Below the pieces are notes generated by a model. The model searched no databases. It had not been told where the DNA came from and was given only the letters and a program-made list of their open reading frames with translations. This document shows, in pieces, positions 18,931 to 26,829 of a stretch of DNA of 58,060 bases (positions are counted from its first letter, which is position 1; every line of letters begins with the position of its first letter). Made by a program: the position numbers and the translations under genes. The stretch is taken from positions 1 to 58,060 of the forward strand of contig CAYOJL010000002.1 in the NCBI GenBank assembly GCA_964404235.1, written 5' to 3'. The stretch is from an uncultured bacterium (GTDB taxonomy: Bacteria; Fidelibacterota; Marinisomatia; Marinisomatales; UBA1611).

Positions 18931-19599
18931 TTATTTTTTAATAAATAAATTATTCAACTTTTCTATAACAATTGACTTTACCCTTTCCATATCTTGGGTC
19001 TTTCCCAATAATTCTTCCATTGATGTTATGCCACGATCAAAAATGCCGCAAGGAATGATCCCATCATAATAAGATAGATCTGGATTAACATTCAATGCAA
19101 ACCCATGCATAGTTACCCATCTACTTATAAGCACGCCTTGTGCTGCAATCTTTTCTTGTCCAACCCATACTCCAGTCAATCCTTGAATCCTAGTTGCAAT
19201 TATGCCGAATTCAAATAGAACGTCAATAGTCAATTGTTCCAGCTTACGCATATACCAACTAACACTTTTTTTGTAATTCGAAAGATCAATGATTGGATAT
19301 CCTACTAATTGACCTGGGCCATGAAAAGTTATATCACCCCCGCGTTCTATATTAAACACACCTACTGATTTATCTCTCGATTGGAGTAGATGATTCATAC
19401 TAGCGTTTTTACCTAATGTATATACAGGTTCATGCTCTACAAGGATCAACGTGTCATATATTTCCTTATCAATTCGTTGTTGCTGCATTTTTTTTTGAAG
19501 ATTCAAAACTTCTTTATAAGATCTTTGACCAAGGTCTTTTATAATGATTTCAGATGCTTGTGTTGCGATCATACTATTATTGATGGATGGCTGATCCAA
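18931..19599 (-). CDS. lipB: Octanoyltransferase (lipoate-protein ligase B)
   Basis: 222 aa with ERGGDITFHGPGQLVGYPI and the IPCGI active-site Cys. An alternative ATG at 19572 would remove the 23-nt overlap with lpdA. Confidence 0.9.
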   Translation of the reverse strand: MDQPSINNSMIATQASEIIIKDLGQRSYKEVLNLQKKMQQQRIDKEIYDTLILVEHEPVYTLGKNASMNHLLQSRDKSVGVFNIERGGDITFHGPGQLVGYPIIDLSNYKKSVSWYMRKLEQLTIDVLFEFGIIATRIQGLTGVWVGQEKIAAQGVLISRWVTMHGFALNVNPDLSYYDGIIPCGIFDRGITSMEELLGKTQDMERVKSIVIEKLNNLFIKK

Positions 19600-20962
19600 A
19601 AGAATCCAGTGCAGCTTCCATTATTGCCTCTGATAGAGTTGGGTGTGCATGTATGGTCATTGCGATCTCTTCCCAAGTTGTTTCTAAAGCCTTAGCAATT
19701 CCTAACTCAGCAATCAATTCAGTGGCCTCTGATCCAACAATATGGGCCCCTAGTAATTCACCATATTTTTCATCAAAGATCAATTTTACAAATCCCGTAG
19801 TATCACCAACTGCCATCGCTTTACCACTGGCTTGAAATAGGAATTTACCAACCTTTACTTTATACCCTGATTCTAATGCCTCAGCCTCCGTTAGGCCCAA
19901 AGAACCAACCTGTGGTTGACAATAAGTACATCCTGGGATATTAGAATAATCAATGGGTTTTGTTTCTATTCCATTCAAATGTTCTGCAACGACATGGCCC
20001 TGAGCAGATGCTACATGCGCCAACCAAGGAGGTCCAGAGACATCTCCTATCGCATAGATATTTGATATATTTGTTTGATTAAATTGATTTATCTTAATAG
20101 CGCCTTGCTCAGTTTTAATACCAAGGTCCTCTAAGCCAATATTTTCTATATTACCTGTCACACCAATAGCTAGGAGCGCTAACTCACTTTCTATAAGCTT
20201 AGCTTTGCTATTATTTGTGTGCACTTTGACCTTGGTTTTCAGACTTTCAATTTTTGATACTTTGACCCCCTTGGATATTTTGATTCCAGATCTTTTAAAA
20301 CTTTTTTCTACTTCATTTGAAATTTCTGAATCTTCATTAGGCAAAATATGATCCATCGTTTCTATTAAATGAACCTGCGTTCCAAATTCATTAAAATAGT
20401 ATGCAAACTCACATCCAATTGCACCTGAACCAATAATAATCATTTTCTTTGGAGGTGATTCTAAGATCATCGCTTCTTTTGAACTAATTATGCGGCTACC
20501 ATCTAATTCCATATTAGGAAAAGACCTAGGACGTGCTCCAGTTGCGATTACAATATTATTAGCTTCTACAGTTTCTTTCTTATTTCCTTTTTGGACTTCA
20601 ATTTTATTTTTATTAATGAGCTTCCCAATGCCTTTTATATGTGTGATCTTGTTCTTTTTCATCAAGAATTCGATACCTTTACTTAAGCGACTTGCTACAT
20701 CACGACTTCTCTTTACATTCTTTTTGAAATTGACCTTCACTTGACCAACAGTTACTCCATAGCTATCAGCATTTTTTATTATATGGTATACTTCAGCATT
20801 CTTTAATAGTGCTTTAGTTGGTATACAACCCCAATTAAGGCATACACCCCCTAATTTTTCTTTATCTATGATACATATCTTTTGACCTAATTGAGCAGCT
20901 CGTATTGCGGCGACATATCCCCCCGGGCCTCCACCTAGTACTGCAAGGTCAAACTTGATCAT
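19577..20962 (-). CDS. lpdA: Dihydrolipoyl dehydrogenase (E3)
   Basis: 461 aa with FAD motif GGGPGGYVAAIRAAQLG, redox disulfide CLNWGCIPTK and C-terminal HAHPTLSE. Confidence 0.97.
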   Translation of the reverse strand: MIKFDLAVLGGGPGGYVAAIRAAQLGQKICIIDKEKLGGVCLNWGCIPTKALLKNAEVYHIIKNADSYGVTVGQVKVNFKKNVKRSRDVASRLSKGIEFLMKKNKITHIKGIGKLINKNKIEVQKGNKKETVEANNIVIATGARPRSFPNMELDGSRIISSKEAMILESPPKKMIIIGSGAIGCEFAYYFNEFGTQVHLIETMDHILPNEDSEISNEVEKSFKRSGIKISKGVKVSKIESLKTKVKVHTNNSKAKLIESELALLAIGVTGNIENIGLEDLGIKTEQGAIKINQFNQTNISNIYAIGDVSGPPWLAHVASAQGHVVAEHLNGIETKPIDYSNIPGCTYCQPQVGSLGLTEAEALESGYKVKVGKFLFQASGKAMAVGDTTGFVKLIFDEKYGELLGAHIVGSEATELIAELGIAKALETTWEEIAMTIHAHPTLSEAIMEAALDSFGSAIHQ

Positions 20963-21531
20963 TAATCAGGTCGCCTATTGATAATAGACAAGAATTCTGA
21001 ACGGGTTTCTGCTGATTTCTTGAACTGCCCTGACATTGCACTTGTTGATGCAAAACTATTTTGTTTTTCTACGCCTCTCATTTGCATACACATATGGCGG
21101 CCTTCCATTACAACCGCAACACCTTTTGGCCCTAATACAGACTTAATTGCATCTGCAATCTGGTGAGTCAAACGTTCTTGCACTTGCAATCTCCTTGAAT
21201 ACATATCTATAATCCTTGGTATTTTGGAAAGTCCAATAACTTTTCCATTCGGTATATAACCTACATGTGTCTTTCCAAAAAAAGGTAAAAGATGATGCTC
21301 GCATAAAGAAAAGAATTCTACATCCCTGACTATAACCATGTCCTTTGCATCTTCATTGAATATCGCCCCATTAATAATCTCATCAATGTTTAGTTTATAT
21401 CCCCTAGAAAAGAATTCCCAAGAATTGGCAACTCTAGAAGGGGTTTTCAACAATCCCTCACGATCTGGATTCTCACCAATTTCTTTTAACAAATCCTTAG
21501 TCAATTTTTTAATGATATCATTATCGCTCAT
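20962..21531 (-). CDS. folE: GTP cyclohydrolase I (type 1)
   Basis: 189 aa with [20 protein letters not shown] and RLQVQERLT motifs. Confidence 0.95.
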   Translation of the reverse strand: MSDNDIIKKLTKDLLKEIGENPDREGLLKTPSRVANSWEFFSRGYKLNIDEIINGAIFNEDAKDMVIVRDVEFFSLCEHHLLPFFGKTHVGYIPNGKVIGLSKIPRIIDMYSRRLQVQERLTHQIADAIKSVLGPKGVAVVMEGRHMCMQMRGVEKQNSFASTSAMSGQFKKSAETRSEFLSIINRRPD

Positions 21532-21535
21532 TTAT

Positions 21536-22201
21536 TCAATCCTCATCATAGTGTGCTATTTCAATTTTACCCTTTAAAGCATAGATCACTGCATAAATGA
21601 TTGGTGTATCTATTAAGGCTACCAATACCTTGAACAGAAATCCATTTTCTAATAACGGCATAAACCGATCCCATCCAATTGCACCTGTGGCACATAGTAG
21701 TATTAATACAGTTGCAGTGTCAACAAACTGGCTCACGATGGTTGAACCATTATTCCTGAGCCACAAATGTTTTCCTTTGGTTAGTTTTTTCCAAAAATGA
21801 AATACCCTCACATCAATGAACTGAGCAGACAGATAAGCAATCATAGACGCAAACACAGCTAAACCTTGAAGTCCAAAAACCTTTTGAAAAAGATCATCAT
21901 TTACAGGAGACCATGGCGTACTCGGAACAGCATTTGCAATCAATACAACTATCATTATAAATACACTAGCTATTAAGCCCGATATCACAACTTGGTCGGC
22001 TTTTTTTTGTCCATAAAGTTCAGATATTAGATCAGTTGCTAAAAAGGTTATAGGATATGGTAAAATGCCAACAGATATTTCAAAGGTATATATACCAAAA
22101 GGGCTCCAAGTGAAAAACTTTTGAAAGATCAAATTGCAACTAACTAATGATGCAATAAAGATCCCTGCCAGTATTAAATAAAATCTTTCCTTGAAATCCA
22201 T
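21536..22201 (-). CDS. yhhQ: Queuosine-precursor transporter, YhhQ/DUF165 family
   Basis: 221-aa polytopic membrane protein. It aligns by eye with E. coli YhhQ at YPITFLATDLISELYG, QFIDVRVFHFWK and WLRNNGSTIVSQFVDT. Confidence 0.85.
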   Translation of the reverse strand: MDFKERFYLILAGIFIASLVSCNLIFQKFFTWSPFGIYTFEISVGILPYPITFLATDLISELYGQKKADQVVISGLIASVFIMIVVLIANAVPSTPWSPVNDDLFQKVFGLQGLAVFASMIAYLSAQFIDVRVFHFWKKLTKGKHLWLRNNGSTIVSQFVDTATVLILLCATGAIGWDRFMPLLENGFLFKVLVALIDTPIIYAVIYALKGKIEIAHYDED

Positions 22202-22626
22202 TATTTTCCTGGGCCAAAGTAATCTGTATGGATGGAATGCGTCTCAACAAGCCTTAAACGATATAGGACACCTTGATCTAATTCTTTTGCGATTTGATCC
22301 CAAGCCCAAATTAGAATATTTTCTGATGAAGGTTGTCTCCCTTTGAACCATTTAACATCCTCTTCGATCTGTGAATGATCTAAAATATCTACAATCTTAG
22401 ATTTTACAATTACATTTAGTTTTGTAAGATCAACAAGCCAACCTGAATCAGGGTCGATAGGCCCAGAAACAGATACTTCTAAAACATAATTATGACCATG
22501 AGTATTATAATCCTTTCCAAAGACTTCTAGGTTCTTTTCTTCAGACCAGTAATCATTTCCATACTTATGTGATGCACAGAAATGATATTTCTTTGTTATG
22601 ATGGGGTCATTCAATTTTTTCTCCAA
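22201..22626 (-). CDS. COG0720 enzyme (6-carboxytetrahydropterin / 6-pyruvoyltetrahydropterin synthase family) with Asp at the catalytic Cys position
   Basis: 141 aa with a TTG start. Zn-ligand motifs are FCASH and THGHNY. It aligns along its length with PTPS (EEKNLEVFGKDYNTHGHNYVLEVSVSGPIDPDSGWLVDLTKL). Confidence 0.85.
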   Translation of the reverse strand: MEKKLNDPIITKKYHFCASHKYGNDYWSEEKNLEVFGKDYNTHGHNYVLEVSVSGPIDPDSGWLVDLTKLNVIVKSKIVDILDHSQIEEDVKWFKGRQPSSENILIWAWDQIAKELDQGVLYRLRLVETHSIHTDYFGPGK

Positions 22627-22882
22627 TATATATTATTCTAATTTAATATTTGTGCTAAACATCATATAAAAATGATGGTAAAAATTGGCTTTCACATACC
22701 AAATAGTTCTTATAAACATAAATCATATACACTAATTTAATTCAATGTTGATTGTCAATAAAATCCAACGTAAGAGTTTTATTAATAATTCATTTAATGT
22801 GATTTTCCTATATGTTTAGATAAAATTCTTATTGAATCCTTTATTTCAAATATAAAATGCACGAATCATTACTACCCCATAA

Positions 22883-23524
22883 ATGAAAAGAGAAGACAAA
22901 GCAAAAGTAATAGGTGATATACTTGATAAGTTATACCCTGAAACACCGATACCTCTTGATCACTCTAGCGCCTATACATTGCTCGTTGCAGTAATGTTAT
23001 CTGCACAAACAACAGATAAAAAAGTAAACCAAGTAACCCCTAAATTGTTCAAATTAGCAAAAGTGCCTGAAGCAATGGCAGATCTGGAATTAGAAATAAT
23101 TAAGGATACAATAAAAGAAATTGGATTGGCACCAACAAAAGCAAAAAACCTGAAAAAAATGGCTGAACAATTACTTGAATCTGGCGGCATGCGTCCAGAT
23201 TGGGATTTTCTTGAAAGCCTAGCAGGAGTCGGGCACAAAACAGCTAGTGTTGTAATGTCGCAGTGGTATGGAGTTCCTGCATTTCCTGTTGATACCCACA
23301 TACATAGGCTTGCAGCAAGGTGGGGATTATCAAAAGCCAAGAATGTAGAAATGACGGAACGTGACCTGAAGAGATTATGGCCCGAAGAAGAGTGGAATAA
23401 AAGACATCTTCAGATTATATTTTTTGGACGTGAATATTGTAGTGCAAGAAACCATAATTTAAAAGAGTGTCTTATTTGTAATTGGGCTGCTTCGAAAAAA
23501 AGAATAATGGAGGAAATGAATTAA
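22883..23524 (+). CDS. nth: Endonuclease III (HhH-GPD DNA glycosylase)
   Basis: 213 aa with HhH LAGVGHKTASVV (catalytic Lys) and VDTHIHR (catalytic Asp). The C-terminal Cys loop is C186-x9-C196-x2-C199. Confidence 0.9.
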   Translation: MKREDKAKVIGDILDKLYPETPIPLDHSSAYTLLVAVMLSAQTTDKKVNQVTPKLFKLAKVPEAMADLELEIIKDTIKEIGLAPTKAKNLKKMAEQLLESGGMRPDWDFLESLAGVGHKTASVVMSQWYGVPAFPVDTHIHRLAARWGLSKAKNVEMTERDLKRLWPEEEWNKRHLQIIFFGREYCSARNHNLKECLICNWAASKKRIMEEMN

Positions 23525-23577
23525 AATTTAATCAAATAGATTATTATAAATTTTATCGTAATGTCAATCTTGTGCAG

Positions 23578-23934
23578 TTATTGATTCAAATCAAGTAATT
23601 CAGAGACTAAGTTAGAAATATTCTTTACAAGGCTTGACCTTGTTACAATAATATCACATCCCACAGATCGGAGCTTAGATTGGTCACGATTATTGATCTG
23701 GCTCATTGTTCCCACTACTTTTAATCCTCTCCTTTTTAATTCAGATATAAGACCAACGGATGAAAAGACCTTTTCATCCATATCGATTACTGCCATTTGA
23801 ACCTTTTCAGTAAAGGTGCTTGGGTCTGAATTTTCATCGGAAAATTCCACATCAAATCCTAGGTCTACACATTTAGATGATAGTTTTGAACCTAATTCTA
23901 GATCTTTAATAAATAATAAAATTTTTGGCATCAT
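23578..23934 (-). CDS. Stand-alone receiver-like (CheY-fold) protein with degenerate active site
   Basis: The start is set at the ATG forming an ATGA overlap with the DUF309 stop. The strand pattern is beta1 KILLFIKD, beta3 MAVIDMD, beta4 VVGTMS, beta5 IIVTR. There is no output domain. Confidence 0.55.
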   Translation of the reverse strand: MMPKILLFIKDLELGSKLSSKCVDLGFDVEFSDENSDPSTFTEKVQMAVIDMDEKVFSSVGLISELKRRGLKVVGTMSQINNRDQSKLRSVGCDIIVTRSSLVKNISNLVSELLDLNQ

Positions 23935-24299
23935 TGGTCCAATTTGGGCACGAAGGACCAATCAAAATCTTTTGTATCTCCCAGATCTTCATAAGCATTT
24001 TTAACATTATTTATCTGATCTAACAATTGTTTTACATCAATATCACGATGTATACCAGAAAATAGCTTGAATTTCTCTGTACATTTATTCAAAAGGCTCT
24101 TTGCACCATTCATATTCCCATTACCAAGATGAACAAAGCTTACTGCCAATTGAATCAAACCTTGTACAAATTTCCGATCTTCTAAATAATAATCTGACCA
24201 AAGATCTTCCCAGGATTCATGCGCTTCAAAATAATCTTTAGATCTATAATGGTTTAATCCTTCCTGGAAAAGAATATCTTTTTTTTCCTCATCATTCAC
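23931..24299 (-). CDS. DUF309-family protein
   Basis: 122 aa with the hallmark motif YFEAHESWEDLW near the N-terminus. It overlaps the MBL gene stop by 8 nt. Confidence 0.75.
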   Translation of the reverse strand: MNDEEKKDILFQEGLNHYRSKDYFEAHESWEDLWSDYYLEDRKFVQGLIQLAVSFVHLGNGNMNGAKSLLNKCTEKFKLFSGIHRDIDVKQLLDQINNVKNAYEDLGDTKDFDWSFVPKLDQ

Positions 24300-25140
24300 T
24301 GATCAACACCTCTTCTTTCATCTTGTAATGCTTACCATCTCTATGAACTGTACAAGCTTGTATAGTAGGATCATGTTCAAAAAACAAGATCCATTCTTCA
24401 TCTTGCATTTTAGGCAAAAGTGTTTCTTTCTCTTTTATAGTTAAAACAGGTTGAACATCATATGCCATAACCCATGGTATAGATATATGTGCTGCAAGTG
24501 GAAAAATATCTGACCCATAGAATAAAGTATGACACCCATCTGATATGACAGGATGTAATAGACCAGCTGTATGACCGTGCGTTAGATAGCAATCAATTCC
24601 ATTAATAAAAGATTCATTCCCATTAATGGTCTTAATCATTCCATTCTCTGCCAAGACCTTCCAATCATGTTCAATGAAGCTGCCTGAATCTTTTTGACTA
24701 GGATGATTTGCCAGTTCCCAATTCTCTTTTGTGACCCAATATTTTGCATTAGGAAATGTTGGGACAATTTTACCATGATCTATCTTTGTGTTACCGCCTG
24801 CATGATCAAAATGAAGATGTGTACATATAACATCCGTAATATCATCTGTGCAGAAACCATACTTCCCTAATGAATTCTCAATGTTGAATCGGCTCGTATC
24901 AATATTGTATATCTCTCTATATTTTTCTTCCCATTTAGTACCGTTTCCAGTATCAACAAGTATTTTCTTATCATCACTACAAAGTAAAAGAGACCGTGTT
25001 ACCATTCCAATCCGGTTAAGAGAATCACTTGGAACTTCTCTTTCCCAAATAGGTTTCGGTATGATCCCAAACATAGCGCCACCATCTAAAGCAAACTCAG
25101 ATGTCTCTATGCTATACAAATTGTAATCACCTATTTTCAC
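24292..25140 (-). CDS. Metallo-beta-lactamase-fold hydrolase (lactonase-like motif)
   Basis: 282 aa with THLHFDHAGGN (HxHxDH), downstream His in THGHTAG and Asp in GSDIF. Confidence 0.85.
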   Translation of the reverse strand: MKIGDYNLYSIETSEFALDGGAMFGIIPKPIWEREVPSDSLNRIGMVTRSLLLCSDDKKILVDTGNGTKWEEKYREIYNIDTSRFNIENSLGKYGFCTDDITDVICTHLHFDHAGGNTKIDHGKIVPTFPNAKYWVTKENWELANHPSQKDSGSFIEHDWKVLAENGMIKTINGNESFINGIDCYLTHGHTAGLLHPVISDGCHTLFYGSDIFPLAAHISIPWVMAYDVQPVLTIKEKETLLPKMQDEEWILFFEHDPTIQACTVHRDGKHYKMKEEVLISE

Positions 25141-26114
25141 GATAATAGTTCCATATATCTTGTTCCTAAAATAGCGAGCTCTTGCTTATTTGCGTTTCTA
25201 GACAGATCTCTAATAGCTTCTAAAGTTACCAATTCCTTTGCCTTTTCATTTTGAGTTTTTTCTGCCTGGATGATATTTTCTGCATAATTGATAAATGTCT
25301 CTGGTCTAATAATTAATAATCCATGATCATTAATAATATCAATTTCTATTCCATTATTAATTTTTATTTGATCTATCCAATAACTTAATTCGCGTCTGTA
25401 TCCTCTTATTCGCACATAATCTCCTTTCCAGATTCTATCTATTGCAGTGAACAATTCTATATTGCCCATCTTAATAAACCCATTTCTTATTAAATCTGGG
25501 CTTTTATGATTAGGCTCATGAGCATCTTTAAGCTTATGTGATGCCATATTATCAAATAAACATTTTGTAAATACCCAGTTATCCTTTTTTCTTTCTTGAA
25601 ATTGATAGGCTCTTAATAAGTGATATATAAAAACGCCATTACGTTGAGTATTTTGCAAAGCCAACTCTGCGAGAGCATCTATAGTCGCTCTTGAACTATC
25701 TGAAGCTAAGAATATTTTAGCCATAATTGATTCTGAGAGATTCCAATCACCAGATTGACAGGCATCTTCTAAATCTCCTAAAAAGACTGTCTGGCCTATA
25801 CCTTTTTTAACTGTTCTTTCTAAAACCTCATTATCATCTTTTCTAAATTGAAAGGATATAATATAATCAACTGCAAAATGGAGTAATCTTTTAGATGGCC
25901 TATCTTTATCATCACCAATAAAATTCTTTATGGAATTAATGATACAAATTGGATGTAATTCAGAATCATCATTATAAATAACTGAAGCGCTTGCAAAGAG
26001 AAGATCATTAATGGTATTGATCAGTTCATCCTCTTTTAGACTGGATGAGACCAGATTATAACAGGCCTGCTTGTCTTTATTAAATAAGGCAGATCTAAAC
26101 GATTGATCAGCCAT
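25137..26114 (-). CDS. Hypothetical protein, predicted cytoplasmic and helical, no recognised motif
   Basis: 325-aa ORF with no signal peptide. An ATGA overlap links it to the MBL gene, and a 7-nt gap separates it from the upstream lipoprotein gene. Confidence 0.7.
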   Translation of the reverse strand: MADQSFRSALFNKDKQACYNLVSSSLKEDELINTINDLLFASASVIYNDDSELHPICIINSIKNFIGDDKDRPSKRLLHFAVDYIISFQFRKDDNEVLERTVKKGIGQTVFLGDLEDACQSGDWNLSESIMAKIFLASDSSRATIDALAELALQNTQRNGVFIYHLLRAYQFQERKKDNWVFTKCLFDNMASHKLKDAHEPNHKSPDLIRNGFIKMGNIELFTAIDRIWKGDYVRIRGYRRELSYWIDQIKINNGIEIDIINDHGLLIIRPETFINYAENIIQAEKTQNEKAKELVTLEAIRDLSRNANKQELAILGTRYMELLS

Positions 26115-26121
26115 AGATCAA

Positions 26122-26775
26122 CTACTTTTTCTTTGTTGGCCCTAGATACATAAAAAACTGCATGGAAAGACCTGTCCCTCTAGAAAATTGAGTGGGCCAT
26201 TTATTATCTGAATGGGGATAATCTTTATTCTTTGGATCGAACCCACCTCTAAAATCATGAAAATAGCCTGTTTCAAAACCCCATCGATGACCAAATCTTC
26301 TGCCTAATAAAAACCCAAATCTTATACTTTGATCATTTCCGGGTCCTGGATTCTCATATCGCCCATCAGGAATTATCATTACTCTAGCTCCGGTCCATCC
26401 TATGTTAAAAGGATTTAATTTGTCCTTTCTTTTACTTCCTTTAAACATATAGTATGTGAAATCAAAACTAGAATTTGGAGAATAACTATATGCAAGATTC
26501 AACACATCCCATCGTCTATCTTTTTTCATAAGAACACGATTAATATCTATACCAGTTCCTGAAAGAGGAATACCCAACTTAAGACCGATATCAGTATATT
26601 GGTTCAATCCATGCCGCCACCAGATCACAGGGATAACATTTTCAGCTGCAAATGAGAAACCCATGTTTGTTTCTCCTTCTACAGGTACCTGAGGCAATAC
26701 GGGTGGATGAGATGCACATCCAGCTCCCCAAAGAAATATTGCTATAAAGAGAATGATTAGATTCTGAATTCTCAT
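26122..26775 (-). CDS. Lipoprotein, possibly a small outer-membrane beta-barrel
   Basis: 217 aa with lipobox LWGAGC. It is rich in aromatic/Gly beta-strand patterning (GFETGYFHDFRGGF, LSMQFFMYLG). Confidence 0.7.
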   Translation of the reverse strand: MRIQNLIILFIAIFLWGAGCASHPPVLPQVPVEGETNMGFSFAAENVIPVIWWRHGLNQYTDIGLKLGIPLSGTGIDINRVLMKKDRRWDVLNLAYSYSPNSSFDFTYYMFKGSKRKDKLNPFNIGWTGARVMIIPDGRYENPGPGNDQSIRFGFLLGRRFGHRWGFETGYFHDFRGGFDPKNKDYPHSDNKWPTQFSRGTGLSMQFFMYLGPTKKK

Positions 26776-26829
26776 ACCAGCGAGGAAAATACAGAAATCT
26801 CTAAGAGTTTAAAACCGAAAAGGGGAACC

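Noticed and set aside
22627-22882. Possible preQ1 or THF riboswitch in the 256-nt leader of the queD-like/yhhQ/folE string
   Set aside because: On the minus strand the region is almost pure A/T. It lacks the C-rich P1 stem plus A-rich tail of preQ1-I aptamers and any other recognisable aptamer core. Only a weak 6-bp hairpin (catcat-N6-atgatg at 22671-22688) is present. A covariance-model scan (Rfam/Infernal) would be the decisive test.
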